Below, in pieces: positions 13,164 through 30,678 of a stretch of 64,000 nucleotides of DNA (position 1 is its first letter; each line of letters opens with the position of its first letter). Source of the DNA: the human T2T-CHM13v2.0 reference genome, Homo sapiens; assembly GCF_009914755.1 (NCBI RefSeq), contig NC_060931.1; one strand, given 5' to 3'. A program made the translations under genes and the position numbers. Below the pieces are notes generated by a model. It did not search any database. It was not told where the DNA came from and saw only the letters and a program-made list of their open reading frames with translations.

Positions 13164-13235
13164 CAAATCCAAACCCAAACTAGACTGGGTCCACTCTGGG
13201 AAGGTTCTGGGAGCAATCTTTGGCCCTGAGACTAG

Positions 13236-13870
<635 letters not shown>

Positions 13871-13896
13871 GTACGAAGCATCAGGCAGGACACCTA

Positions 13897-14103
<207 letters not shown>

Positions 14104-14427
14104 TTACCAAGGAAGACCCCAGCGTGCCTCCCCTCTCCTGGCTCCCCTTATTTTTTGCCCTGTAACTTCCTCCTGATCTCTCAAGCCCCCTTTCTCAGTT
14201 CCCAGGAACTCTGCCCCTATGGGAGGCACCACCCACATGTTGTCATTGCCCACAGGATGTGGCTTTTCTCTCTGCAGGAAAGGCAGAGAGGGGCTGTGCC
14301 CCAGGAAGGGGAGAGGGCTGCTGCTGGGACCTGCAAATATATCTGAATGACAGGATGTAAACTGCTCCTGCTTTCATCAGTTAAGTTGAAATGCAGCTTT
14401 CATCACTCCTCATTAAAAATAACCACA

Positions 14428-14554
14428 AGATGAAAAGAGTTCTGGAGACTGGTTGCATAACAATGGGAGTGTTAATACTATTGAACTGTACCCTTAACAA
14501 AGGCTAAGATGATAAATTTTATGCTATGTGTGTGTTTGCCACAATTTTTAAAAA
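14428..14554 (+). mobile_element. Old L1M 3'-end fragment
   Basis: aaagagttctggaga...attgaactgtac...taaattttatgctatgtg...ccacaattt is typical of the L1MB/L1MC 3' end. Confidence 0.75.
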
Positions 14555-14595
14555 AGAGTCACGGCCAAGCAGTACAAATAAGATACAAAAAAGTC

Positions 14596-14642
14596 TATGT
14601 ATGTATGTATGTATGTATGTATGTATGTATGTATGCATGTAT
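14596..14642. repeat. (TATG)n microsatellite
   Basis: About 11 tandem TATG units. Confidence 0.97.
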
Positions 14643-15168
14643 TTAACCTTTAGAGGGAAGTGGAAGGGCCTGAGTGTGCCCGTCCTCCACCTACAGCATA
14701 TCATCCTTCTCATGGGTTCCCCAGTTAGGGCCAGAATTATTTTAGTCCCTGTGTTCAATGGAGTCACCTCTGGCCAAGACAGGCAGGATATCTGAACACA
14801 GGATTTTTCTTCCAAGGGTGAGTCTATACTAGGATCGACTTTAAAAGGCTTGTTTTGTGGTGATTTCTGTATTTTCCAGGACATGGTCTGGAAACCAATT
14901 TCAGTTTTCTCAGACAATCTAAGCTGCTAATCAACTGACAAGCACACTTTACTCAGAATCATGATTTTTGGTTATAGTCATCTACAGTAAGAGGGGTGCT
15001 AAGTGTTTACTGGTGTATAGCTTTGTTTCTCATTGCTTTAAAGAGAAAACTCACTTTGGGTTGCCCTGGTTTCAGACTAATTTTCACACTAAAAATAGCT
15101 GAAGTTCTAGAATTTTCTCTGGGGCACAAAGGTGAGAGCCTGCGGTCCCTGCCAGTGAGCTGAGACTG

Positions 15169-15621
15169 TGTAGCAGATTGAATTGTATCCCTCTAAAAGA
15201 TATATTAAAGTCCCAGTCCCCAGTTGGTGTGAATGTGACCTTATTTGGAAATAGGGTCTTTGCAGATGTAATCAAATTGAGTTAAGATGAGGTCATACTC
15301 GATTAGGGTGGGCCCAGTGACAAGGCAAGGGAGATGTGGACACAGAGGCACAGAGGAGACACAGGACAAAAGCCATGTGAAGAAGGAAGCAGAGATTAGA
15401 GGGATGCAGCTACAAGTCAAAGAACGCTGAGGATTGCCAGAGCTGCCAGAAGCTGGGAGACAGACACGGATGCTCTTCCCCTATGGCCTTTACAGTGAAC
15501 ATGGGCCTGCTGAAGCCCAACTTCCAATTTCTGGCCTCCAGAACTGTGGGGGAATGAAAGTCTGTTGTCCTAAGCCATCCAGTTCATGGCACCTTCTAAC
15601 GGCTGCCCCAGGAAACATACA
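15169..15621 (+). mobile_element. MLT1 (B/C-like) ERVL-MaLR solo LTR
   Basis: tg...gaatgtgaccttatttggaaatagggtctttgcagatgtaatca...ttaagatgaggtcatac...ggcctccagaactgtg...aggaaacataca. Confidence 0.88.
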
Positions 15622-15739
15622 CACTAAATTATGGGCATTAAACCCATGGGTACTAATGGGCTGGAATTCTTCTCATGATAACATCAGGCAGATAGGCCAG
15701 TACTATATTACAACTGGGAACCAATACACTGGAATGATT

Positions 15740-16030
<291 letters not shown>

Positions 16031-16222
16031 AACTGGAACGATTTTAAAGGAGCTGGTATGAAGTTTTAAAAATGTTTCACACACCAAATGGTATTCTTAC
16101 TAAGACTGGCTGTAACTATTTAAGGTCAAGGTCAACCACTGCAGTTGAATAATGTGGATTTCAACCCATTATCTTCTATTACTATTGCAGAAGTCTTGCT
16201 GCCCTTGGTTTTAAAGGGCTTA

Positions 16223-16339
<117 letters not shown>

Positions 16340-16711
16340 TCAAGAGAGGCAAAAGCCAATTGGTAGCGTGACTTAGCTCCTCATCACTGGGACTCAAGCC
16401 TTGGAACTCCTGTGTCTCACAGAGGGTCTCTTTCCCACATTTCGGAAGAGATTTTGATTCTTCAATGACCTGCACACCTGCAATTCCCTTCTCTCTTCAT
16501 CCACACCAACCCATCCCTCCTCCTTCCTATGCACACGTGTCAGGGGCTGGCTCCGGGTCAGGTATGGAGCAGTCTTGCTCCATACCACAGGCTGATCAAG
16601 GTATGCCACATCCTCGATCAGCTTACAGCCTTCTCTGAGTCTAAGGAATAAGGCAAGATTCCATTGTGGAAAAGCAAAGGGCTTTCCCATGCATTTTCCA
16701 ATTTTATTTAA

Positions 16712-16905
16712 TAAACCCTTATGCACATAGCTCTTGCTACGTGCCAGACATTGTTCTAAAGCACATTTATTCATTTAATAGTTTTGACAACCACATTAGG
16801 TAGCACAGTTACTATCCCCATTTTCCAGATGGGGAAACAGGAAGAGAAAGCTCCAGGCACTTGCCATGGTCACATGGCCAATAGGTGGCAGCTGGCCCCA
16901 GAGTT
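16712..16905 (-). mobile_element. MIR SINE
   Basis: tatccccattttccagatggggaaacagg...cacttgccatggtcaca is the reverse MIR core. Confidence 0.8.
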
Positions 16906-17698
16906 TGTGGCTGGGCTGCCCCTCTATTGGTGGCTGAGACACAGACCTACATTCCCCAAATGGCTGGAGATACTGCTGTTTCCAATTACTATGGATTTCT
17001 GTACTCATCCATGAGGTAATCCAGAGGTAATTCGTCTTCAAAATCTCACTCAAGGACAGCACACCTGGAGCGGCTTAAGTCCTGGGAACAGCTGGACATG
17101 TGGGACTGAGGCTCTTCAATAAAACACAACAGCAAACTCCAGCCTCACCCTCCTCCACCGGAGGACTCTTTTTACTGGACCTGACCTTGACACTCACCCT
17201 CACAGTTGCCAAATGCCAGGCCTCCCATCAATAGCCTGAGTGCTTGCTCAGTTCCCAAATCTCTTTTCTCAGTCTTTTGTGACTACTGGATATATATTAT
17301 CTTTAAACCATATTAGGATTTGGCTGCAGATTCCATTAAAAAAACAAATCCAAAACAACAACAAAACAAACACCCACCCACCCTGCTGCAAAAAAAGAAA
17401 TACCTAAAATGAAACATATTTAAGACTTTATTATTTTCTTTTTACCAGGAAAATACTTTGATTTTAATTGCTAGGCACAGATCAAAGTGAAAGCAAACTA
17501 TGTTTCTGTTAAAGTGAAGCCCCTGCCCCCGGAGTTTCAGGTTTATGGTTACTTGTGTGAACCAGACACCTCCCTGGGCCTTAGGATATTCCCATGGGCT
17601 CACCAGGCAGCCTCCTTTGCCTGGAACCCCTCTCCCTAACCCCCATCACCCCAGCCGCCACCCCACACTTCTATACTGGGCAAACCCGCTTCATTCTT

Positions 17699-17990
17699 CC
17701 TTTTCTTTTTTTGAGACACAGTCTCACTCTGTCGCCCAGGCTGGAGTGCAGTGGCACAATCTCAGCTCACTGCAACCTCCGCCTCCCAGGTGCAAGTGAT
17801 TCACGTGCCTCAGCTTCCTGAGTAGGTGGGATTACAGGAGCATGCCACCACGCCCAGCTAATTTTTATACTTTTAGTAGAGACGGGGTTTCACCATGTTG
17901 GCCAGGCTGGTCTCGAATTCATGACCTCAAGTGATCCACCCGCCTCAGCCTCCCGAAGTGCTGGGATTACAGGCGTGAGCCACCACGCTC
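17699..17990 (-). mobile_element. AluS-type element
   Basis: Full dimer; flanking cttcattctt duplication. Confidence 0.95.
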
Positions 17991-18380
17991 CCTCTTCATT
18001 CTTTAGGGCCCAGTTCAAATGCTCCTCCTTGCCCCTCTGCTGCAGGCAGAATTAAATGCTCCTTCCTCTTGGCACCCACACCCATTCTTGACCAGGAACA
18101 GGGCCCTTACTACAGTGGGCGGGAGCTTGTGGCACATGGTCCTGTCTCCCTCTGGACTGCCAGCTCTCAAGGGCAGAGTGGGGTTCGTTTCTCTCCCTAG
18201 CACAAATCAGACAGTCATCAAGGCTTATCGGATTAAATCCTGGGAGTTCAGCAATCATAAGGTTGGACTCTCACAGGCGGCGATAGGCCAAGGGAAAGAG
18301 GGGCTTCTGAGCATTCAGATTCAGCCATACCATGTATTAACAACAGCACCCCCAGTGCCCTCATTTTGCTGACTGAATCA

Positions 18381-18605
<225 letters not shown>

Positions 18606-18817
18606 TCAGGGCTTTTCCTGTCACTATACATATGGTATACTAATGGCTCTGCTGGCTTTGAGAAAAATGAAAATGACAATTTTTGTAGGGAAAGAAGTTA
18701 ACAAAAAAGAGAAAAAAGAAAAAGGGAAAAGAGAAAGGAATAAAGAAAAAATAGCAAGGTTAAGGGAAGCAAGGTTTGGGAGACAACGTGACATTCCACA
18801 GTCCCGCCCATTTGTCA

Positions 18818-19048
<231 letters not shown>

Positions 19049-19441
19049 TTAGCAAGTTGGAAATGCAGGAAGCTGTTTCTATATGAATACTATCTTTCAA
19101 ACCTGGGGTGCCATTACTGACTCCTCCTCTGAAGGGCCTGTGGCTCTCAGGAGAGGCGCTGTGCTACAACAATCCTTCCATTCTTTGGCTTGGTCCCCTC
19201 CATTAGTGGAGGGCCCACTTGGAAGGTTGGCTGAGATGAAGGATAAGTCTGTGTGTTTAGAACACACCTACAGAGAACCACGTCTACTGACTTCATTACC
19301 TTCACACGCCAATCAGATGAGCTAACAACCATTTTAGAGATATTCTGAAGTTATCTTTTGTAGCTGAAAGTCTGGGAAACTAATCTTCAGAGAATGCCTG
19401 GTTTTTACAAAGGAGTTCTGAAACGCAGGTCTTCTATTTTC

Positions 19442-19611
19442 TTCTGTCTATCTAGAGATGGGAACTCACTATGTTGCCTAGGCTGGAGTGCAGTGGCTAT
19501 TCACAGGCATGATCATAGCTCGCTATAGTCTTGAACTTCTGAACTCAAACAATCCTTCTGCCTCAGCCTCCTGAGTAGCTGGGTCTATAGGAATGCACAA
19601 CCACACCTAAC
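19442..19611 (-). mobile_element. FAM (fossil Alu monomer)
   Basis: Contains the FAM/7SL-specific segment gtgcagtggctattcacaggcatgatcatagc; degenerate TSD aggtcttctattttc/aggtattctatcttc. Confidence 0.85.
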
Positions 19612-20091
19612 TCGAGGTATTCTATCTTCAGGAAGATGTAAAACAAGCTGTCCCCTTCCCAAAATAACGGGATTAAGTCCAATATCTGTTTATGCCAATT
19701 ATCCTTTCTTAAGAATTTACATCACACTTTCTTAAGGAAACATTGCTATTTTTTATTAGCTTCTAAAAAGCTAATCTTCTTAGAAGTTACCTAATATTAC
19801 AATTATAGAACCCCATTCATGAATACAGAGTCTGGTATCAACCAGGATTCCAGCGTAAACTCCATGAACAACCTGTTCCTGAATGCAGGAGTTCTGTCCC
19901 TTCAAGGAAATCACCTAAACCCCAAGAGAACATTTCACAGGGAGTTGGTAATCAACACTAAAGAGACCACCCAGGTACATCTTCTTTTCTAAGAATCTGT
20001 CATGATTAGGTAGGGGTATGTTTTGGACAAAACCAGGCTCAAAGTTTGAGATATGAACACAGCTTATGTTTTTTTAAAAAAATATGTCTCA

Positions 20092-20458
<367 letters not shown>

Positions 20459-20826
20459 TTAGCCTGATTTTTGTTTTCTCTATAAATTTTCCACTTCACT
20501 AAGAGATGGTAGAAGAGGCTACTTTCCTACCCTTTCTGCAGCCTGGAGTGGGAGTGAAGGGAGCTGGGGAGACCTTTCTCTTGGTTACCTTTCACACACC
20601 TAGCATGAGAGTGGGGAGGAAGAGGGCGATCAGAAACACCCCCACTGGTCTTGGATCTTCTAGCTGAATTTTTCTCTACTGAAAAAGTACCTCCTCTTCC
20701 CCCTTTAAATTTGTTCTCATTGCTAATCTTTTTTCTTTATATAATAGTATTGAAAAGAAGAAAACAAACAAAACCCAAAAATGTCTTATTACCAAGTTCT
20801 GATTTTTCACAAGTAAAATGGAGTTT

Positions 20827-21685
<859 letters not shown>

Positions 21686-21944
21686 TCAGGGGCCACTCTT
21701 ACTCACTGGCACTGATGAGCTGGGGATGCCTGTGGTGGCTCCAAGACATGTCCCTGCTGCACCCTTGTCTTCCATGTGACCACGAGCCCACCACCTGCCT
21801 AGGCCACCTGTGTCAGTGTTGGCCACATACCAGGGCCCCCAGGTTCACTCATCATTGTGTGTAACTGATAAGATTACTGCCAGGTTGCCTCTAGCAGTGC
21901 CTTTAGAGATCGTTTCAGTTTATTTAAAACATCACATCCCTTAG

Positions 21945-22274
<330 letters not shown>

Positions 22275-23249
22275 AGAAAAGAAGGGAATATCTGAAAAGA
22301 ACACTACCAAAAAAAGTATTATGGTGTCAGAACCTGCTTTTCTCTCTGCCCTCCCTGTTCTAGAGTCAGGGGTGGCCTCCTGCCTCCTCTCACGTGGATC
22401 TAGGCCTCTTCATGGGAGGAGAGTTTTGGCCTGGACTGCTGGCTCAAGGATCAAGCACATTCTCACCTCTGTCCCCCGATTCTTGTCACCTGGCCTCTTG
22501 GCTGGCCCCTGCCCTCTTGCAGCCTGACGTTTGGAAGTCTGACGCTCCAGTCTGTAGGTTTGGATGTTTGACACTCAAGTAAGTCTTAGGAAGGCCGGTC
22601 TGGCCCCAGGGGACTTCTCTGAACTTGACTATGGGCCTGCCCTTCCTATCAGGTTAGTTACGTGGTTCTCATGGCCCGGAAGGCTGTTCCTAACCCACGG
22701 AAACCTCGTTTTCCAGTTTCCATTCCCCAGTGATGAACAAGGCAGACTGCAACAACTAAAATGGCCACACAAAGGCACTTTAGTGATGTTCTTTAGCAGG
22801 AAACACCAGACATAGATTTTGACGACTGACGTGACATGAACGGGGCCTGGGAAAATTGCTTGTAGTCCACCAAGAAAATGAAATGGCAGCCATTCACGGT
22901 ACCATGATACGTGCCGCAGAATGTTCCTGCTGCGACCGTAAAGAACAAATGCCCAGGCATCTGGCTAGGTGGCTGGGAGACAGTACTGTCTGCGAAGGCC
23001 TCTGATGCTGCGAAAGCCACATCAAAGCACACAGGACAACTCGAGTCGAATACAAAACGTGTGTCACAGAAAGACACAGACATAAAAATCGAGCCGACAC
23101 AGCACACCACATGCTCTAGCGGCTCCCACGTTAGAAAACAAAGCAGAACACAAGAACAAAACAGAACACAAAAAACAAAACAAAAGCCCCAAACACAAAC
23201 CTTTCCTAATCCCTTCGTCTCCCAGCAGCTGCTGCCCTAGTTCTCAGCT

Positions 23250-25018
23250 CCCCTTCAAGGCCCACTCTCTGGAGAGAGTCATCTCCCCCTGTGGTTCCCA
23301 CCTCTTCACCTCACAGCATTTGCTCAGCTTCCTCTAATTGGAGTTGGACACTCTGCGTCACTGACGCGCTGCACTTGTTGAGATCAGCAGTGATCTCCAC
23401 GCTGTCACATCTGTTGATCAACTTCTTAGCTCTGTGACCTGGGAGCCACATTTTTTTCACGCGGGTGATCATTCCTTCCTGCCCTGAAACACTTATTCTT
23501 GGTTTTCATGACATCGCTTGCTCCCCATATCTGTCCCGCCTCTCTGCTTGTGGCTTGCCCATTTCCTTTGTAGGCTCGCCCTCTTCTATCCAACTGCTGT
23601 GTGTTGGCCAAGTCCTAAGCCCACCGTCTTCTCTCCTTCCACCCAGCCCTAGATAATTGTTATGGGTTGAATTGTGTCCCCCTAAAAGTTATGTTGAACT
23701 CCTAATTCCTGGCACCTTGGCATGTGACTTTATTTAGGAATGGAGTTGCTGCAGATATAATTAGCTAAGATGAGGTCACACTGGAGTAGGTGGGCCCTAA
23801 TCCAATGTGACTTGCATCCATATCAGAGGGAAATCTGGACATAGATACTGACACAGCAGCAAGATGGTCATGTGAAAAGGGAGGAAGAGATTGGAGTGAT
23901 GCTGCCACAAGCCAAGGAACACCTGGAGCCACCCGAGGCAGGAAGAGACAAGGAAGGCTCTACCCCTGGAGCCTTCAGAGGGAGCATGGCCCTGTTGACA
24001 CCTTGATTTTGGATGTCTTTTGTTTTAAGCCAGATATTTTGTGGTACCTATTTCAGCAGCCCTAGGAAACTGACAGTCATCTTACTCGCTCCATAGGTTT
24101 AAATTCCATTTGTATTCCCAGGTTTGTCTCCATCTTGGAATTCTCCTTCTGGCTCTAGATTTGCATTCTGGAAGCCTGGTATTGCCTCTGGAATGTCTCA
24201 TAGTCATCTCCAATTCCACACGTCTAGAAGGGAACTATTCTCTGATCCCCCTCTCTAAACATATTCCTTCCACTGTCCTCCTCATTTTATGAAAGGGAAC
24301 CACCACCCTCCAGCTGCTTAGGCAGAAATCCAGGAAAGATGTTTGATTTCTTCATCCCCACCATCTATCCACTAACATGGCCAGCTCCAAAGTCTCAAGT
24401 CAGCCCCTGATTCTCCATCCCCCCTGCCGCAGCAGTGGCGCTGGTCACCCCTGCGTCACCTGGAGCTTCCACTGCAGCCTTTCCACTTGTCTCTCCCTTC
24501 CTTGTGCCCACTTCCTCCATGGCAGCCACAGGGAACAGATGGCACCCCACCCCCTTGCCGTAAGCCTTCAGGGGCTCCCCACTGGACTTGGAATGAAATC
24601 TAGACCCCTCCATGGCCATGGGGCCTCCACGATTGGGACCCTGCCCACCTCTCCACCATCACTGCCAACCACTCTCCTAGCTTAATACGTTGCAGGCCCG
24701 TTGGTTTCCTTTCCATTTGCAAGAGTACCTGGAGCTCCTTTGGAGCCAGAGTCTTCGTGGGATGCTGTTGCTTCTGCCTTAAATGCTCTCCCTGCTGGCT
24801 GTCACATGGCTGCCTCCTTCTCATCCCTCAAATCTTAGCTCAGCTGTCACGCTACAGACAGGCCTCCCTTGACACCAGTTAGTCTTCATATAGGGTGCCA
24901 TAAATGCCACTTCACAGCACTTTCTTAACCTGCTCACTGTCTGTCTTCCCTGACCAAGTCTATGAGGGCAGCGCAGGCATTCGGTAGCCACTCATTAAGC
25001 ATTTGTTGATCAAATAAA
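23250..25018 (+). mobile_element. L2 LINE remnant interrupted by MLT1B
   Basis: L2-like sequence continues across the LTR and ends in ...cactcattaagcatttgttgatcaaataaa. Confidence 0.65.
23658..24075 (+). mobile_element. MLT1B-like ERVL-MaLR solo LTR
   Basis: tgttatgggttgaattgtgtcccc...ctaagatgaggtcacactggagtagg...gccacaagccaaggaacacc...gcagccctaggaaactgaca. Confidence 0.9.
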
Positions 25019-25771
25019 CCTTTATTAAATATAAGAAAGTGTTAAAATATGGATTAAGACAAAGCTCTAAGGCAGTGCAGATAAAAGAGAGTAGAAGGGC
25101 TGAATCATTATGCAGCAATCAAGGTTTGGGCATGAGGGGGCAGGATTTAGCCCAAGGAGGAGCAGAAGCTGAGGCTCAGAGAGGGGCACGAGCAACCCGG
25201 CTCACACTCACCACAGCAGGGCAGACAGCAGGAGTGCCAAGGACACCTACTTGCAGGTGGCCAACAAAAGAATTACAGCAAAAATGACAGGGAGGAGGAA
25301 CAGGAGGGCTAGAAGTGGCACCTGGCTCATGCAGGGTTAGGACTTGGGACCTCAGGGATTTAGCCCAAACCTCTTATTTTATGGCCATTGTCATTACGCC
25401 CTCTAGAGCCTCCACCTTAGCTCTTATGTTGAAGACTTTATCCTGCGCAGTCCCACTGCAGCATGCGAAATCACATGCTCTTCCATCTGGGCCTCACTAC
25501 AGCCACCTGCTGCTCTCTTGCCTTTGGTTTTAACCTTTTCCAATCCACTCTGGATCCCTCTCCCACCCCTAAGGGTGCAGCCTTTTCTCTGCACTCATGA
25601 GACATGTTTCAGATACAGCCTGCTCCCCTCCCTGCCCGCTTCCATTCTTCCTTATTCAAACAGACACTGCCCACTGTCTCTGTGCTGGCTCTACCAGGTG
25701 ACAAGCATACAAAGATCAATGACATACTCAGACCAGATTGGTCCAATAAATACTAACTGAGCACCCACTGG

Positions 25772-26280
<509 letters not shown>

Positions 26281-26664
26281 CGTTTGCATATCTGCCTCTA
26301 CTATACCTCCTGGAGGGCAGGGTCTGCATCTCACTTGTCCTTGATCCTCAGCCTGGCACACAGAAGCTGCTTCGTAAACAGCTGCTCAACACCCAGCCCA
26401 TAAACCCTCAGGTAAGGGAGGTAGTTCCCCATTTGGCCCCCAGGAATCTTTGGGGACTTCAGACCATTTTGCTGGGATCTGATCTTGCAGAGGCCTTGTC
26501 CCCCTGCTCTGCTAGTCTATAAGGCTCTGAGGTCCTAGAAGTTCAAAGTCAAGTCTAAAATGTTTCTTTTCATCCAGCCCACCTGAAGCATGTTGGATGG
26601 TTGCTAAAGCATGCTTAATCTTCAGGGAAGCTCATTCTGACAGTCATTCTGAGCCAGAATTTGT

Positions 26665-26940
26665 TTCAAGCTGTCCTCACTCACTTATTAGAATATTCAA
26701 CCACCATTTACTAAGTGTTTCCTCTGTGCCAGGTACTGTGCTGGGTGCTAAAGATCAAAAAGTAAACCAGACCCTGCAGCTCTTCCAGGAGTTCACCGTC
26801 TAGCCAAGGTAGCAGCATAGCGACATCTGACATACAATGTGTGAAGTGTGTACATAGTACACAAAGATGGGGGAAATTGGAGGAGGAGAGAGAAAGCAGG
26901 ATGGGCTTCCCAGGAGGAGTCTGAGCTGAGCCTTAGTAAG
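26665..26940 (-). mobile_element. L2 3'-end fragment
   Basis: attcaaccaccatttactaagtg...tgtgccaggtactgtgctgggtgct is the reverse L2 tail. Confidence 0.75.
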
Positions 26941-27368
26941 TGGCCAGGCAGGGGTGGCTACCACACACAGAGCAGCGCAAGTCCCCCAACCCCCATGTCA
27001 CTGCTGTATCTCCAGCGCCTAGCACGCAGCCTGGGCATGTAGGTGCTCCATACACATTTGTAGAAGGAATGAGTCTATGTCAAGTGCACACCCTCAGCAG
27101 TTGCCAGTTTTCCCTGGAGCTGGCAATGCCACCTTGTCAGTACCTCCTATGTGAGAGGCAGACAGCTTGGCCTTTCTGTTTCAGAGTTTACATGGTTTTT
27201 TGGGTTGATCATCACATGTCGGTTGCTTCCACAGGGGCTGTTCCTGTTCTCGGTTCGGTTTCAGGCAGGTAGGGCTGCTGGTTCCTGAATACTGTGAGTG
27301 AGCATTTCCAGGTTCTGTCATAACTGATCTCTCATTTGCTCTTCCTCACCTTCACTGCTACAGCTCCA

Positions 27369-27571
27369 CCCCATGGAACCATCTTAAAGAATCGCCTCAT
27401 TACTATTTTGGGACATCAAAAATACTTTAAACACACATGAAGTGTCAGACAAAATCTGCACCTAAGAAAGAGGGGGATAATTTCTTTCCAACATTCTCAT
27501 AGGAAGACACTGAAAATTCTATCTTTCTAAAGAAAGAGGAAAAACAACTGTCATTTTGGACACCATCAATA
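27369..27571 (+). repeat. Copy B of the ~190-bp local direct duplication
   Basis: Shares the 37-bp perfect run atgaagtgtcagacaaaatctgcacctaagaaagagg with copy A. Confidence 0.92.
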
Positions 27572-27950
27572 TGGAAGCTTTGATGATTTAGCTCCACTCG
27601 CTCTCTTGACTGCACACACTGAGAAGCATTCCCAGATCATGTCCAGATCATATGACCCTGCAGGGGAATGGCCTCCAGTGGAGGTGTAGAGGCTGCAGAA
27701 GTCAAGAGGGCGTGGCCCGCACTTGGGATCCCAGTGTTCACCGGGTTGAATCCCAGCCCTGTCAGGTACTGGTTGTGTACCTACTTCTGGGTACAGGTAT
27801 GAAGACTAGGTTAAACAGAGCATCATAGGGGGGCACCTTGCAGAGGCCTGGCATAGAGTAGTCAGCTGAACAATACTAAACCACTTATCTATAACACGTC
27901 TAAGTCCATGTGAAAGCAATGAAATAAACAGATCATCCCTCTTCCTTATT

Positions 27951-28210
27951 TTTTTTTTCTTTTTGAGACAGGGTCTCGCTCTGTTGTCCAGGCTGGAGTG
28001 CAGTGGCACAATCTTGGTTGACCGCACCTTCCACCTCCTGGGCTCAAGCAACCCTCCCTCCTCAGCCTCCTGAGTAGCTGGGACCACAGGCACATAGAAA
28101 CAGGGTTTCACCATGTTGCCCAGGCTCTTCTTGAGCTCTTGAGCTCAAGCAATCCTTCCGCTTCAGCCTCCCAAAGTGTTGGGATTATGGGTATGAGCCA
28201 CTGCACCCAG
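27951..28210 (-). mobile_element. AluJ-type element with a deletion across the middle linker
   Basis: ...ggaccacaggcaca|tagaaacagggtttc... joins the two arms directly; TSD cttccttatt/cttcctcatt. Confidence 0.9.
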
Positions 28211-28363
28211 CTTCCTCATTTTTTAAAGCCACTTTCTTTCTGATATGGAACACTCTGTTGAAATACATTAAAGCATATACACTAAACAACTGTTTCATTT
28301 ATTTACACAAAAAGCTGAAAAGATTAATATAACCAACAGTGAAGTACCTACCACCTAGCTTTA

Positions 28364-28682
<319 letters not shown>

Positions 28683-30676
28683 GGAATAAAACTCCCTATC
28701 CACAATCCTCTTGCTTCTTCCTTGTGTGGAGAAATACTACCGTAACCTAGTGTTCCTTTTATTTCATCTCACATGAATGCTGGGTACATGCAGTACACTA
28801 GGCAATGAAGACTGAAAAGACAGCCATGCGCTTGGGCTGCTTGGAGTCCTAACAGTGTGCCAGGCTAGAGGTCAGAGTGATGCCCAGGGAGCACAGCCCG
28901 GGGAACAGGTTTGGGAGGGTGGTCCCGTGGGTCTGAGGACCCCGGTGGGCAGAGTCAACCTGTATTACTGTGTCTGCTTATGGCATCGGCGGCAACAAGG
29001 GCTGGGACGCAGGGTTCAGGGTATAGTCCCTTGCTCACCCCAAACACTTTGGTCAAGTCTGAGACCAGAGTCAATGTCTTGCTCATTTACATAGTTCACT
29101 GACAAAACAAGGGCAGGGTTCACTGCCACTCCGAACTTGGGTAATAAATCTGCAGCGCTAATCGGAGCGCACAGGCGGAGCTGTGCATTTCTGGAAAAAT
29201 GTTACTCAATTTCTCTGAGTTTTTATTTCACCATCTATAAAATGTGATTATTAATCTCACTTTTTCTCTTGTCTCTACGGCAGCTTATGAAGATAAATTA
29301 TGGTTGGCAGAATTATAAAACAGTTTAAACTCCTTGGAAGCAAGACACTCTATTAGTCCATGGTATTTTATAATCACTGGTATTATAAGGTGTACTCGAA
29401 CTGCAGAGAAAAAGTCCGTTCCCACAAATATATGTAGATTGAAAGTAACCTCAGTATGGCTGGGGCAGAAGCAATCAAAATGTAAAACTGTATTTCAGAT
29501 GGGTTGTTAAATCTTATGTTTCCACTGCAAAAATAAGGAGACTTGCATTGCTGTCTTGAGCTCTGAGCCGCTGTTTGAGCTGGTGACCGGGAGTGGGAGG
29601 CGAGGGATTACAGTGAAGCAGCACAGGACCCAAGAAACAGTGGCAGAAATCTGAAGAGCAGGGAGGAGGAGGAGGCTATTTCAGAGGAATTGGAGCCAGA
29701 GGTAAGAGAGAGCTGCACAGAAGACAGCCAGAAAGGCAAGGGCTGGAAAGCACCTCGGGGCAGCTGCATGGAGAGACAACACGCCCTGTGACCACAGGCA
29801 AGCCTGCTGGGAAAACAGGGGCAGCCTCCCCACAGGATGAATCCACACCATGCCTAGGGGGATCCAGAAGGTCCAAGTGGAGATGTAGATGGCCATTGAG
29901 GTGAGCTAATCCCAGGTCAACCTGTGATTGGATTCTTAAAAAGACACACAGCTTCCTAGGCAAACAGGAGATCAAAGAGAAATAGTTTTGTCTTTGATTA
30001 GGGTGATAGGCAGACAAGCAAAAGGAAAAAGGGACCCAGAGATGAAGCTCTAGGAGCAAAACATGGGGGAGGTTGACAAGGGGCCCACCCATTGCGCTGG
30101 CTTCCACGGAGCCATCCTTGGAATGGCCAAGCCAAACACCGTGGACCCCAAGATCTCTGTGCACTCTGCAGCAGGGTACTTTTGCCTGGTTATAAGCTGA
30201 AGAAATTAAGGTGGAGAGCTGCTGCAAGGGAACAGGGTTCCAACTCCAAAAGGAGAGCTGGGGGGACAGACACGACACCCAAACTTCTGGGTGGTTGCAG
30301 CTTGATGTAATACACGTAGAACCACTGTTGCAGAGATTTTCTACCTAAGGGGCCGCTACTGATGTCCATAAAACTGTGTGCTAAGGAGGATCATTTCAGA
30401 CCCTCACTGATGATTCTGTCATAACTGAGTATCTTCAGCTATCACCAATACAAGTGCTGAAGACTTCAGAATGAACCATCATATCCATATGGAGGTTGAT
30501 ATAATTGCAGTTGGGTCTAGATGTTGACATCATTCTCATGGCACACTTGGACAGTCTCTTAAAGGATGCAGGCTTCCTTGATTCAACTGGCCATTCCCTG
30601 TATAATGTTAGAATCAGATTGGCGGTTTTTTCTATTCATATTGGCAGTGAACATCTTGGCTCTGAATATGTACTAA

Positions 30677-30678
<2 letters not shown>

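Noticed and set aside
22911-23240. 109-aa + strand ORF across the CpG-rich patch
   Set aside because: Non-ATG start, low-complexity Q/K/T tail from A-rich repeats, and no recognisable domain.
25013-25026. Bidirectional AATAAA-CC-TTTATT poly(A) signal
   Set aside because: It sits at an L2 tail in AT-rich DNA with no convincing GU-rich downstream element; such hexamers are common.
29676-30278. 200-aa - strand ORF in intron 2
   Set aside because: Non-ATG start, L/S/P/C-rich composition typical of non-coding frames, no recognisable homology and no supported splice structure.
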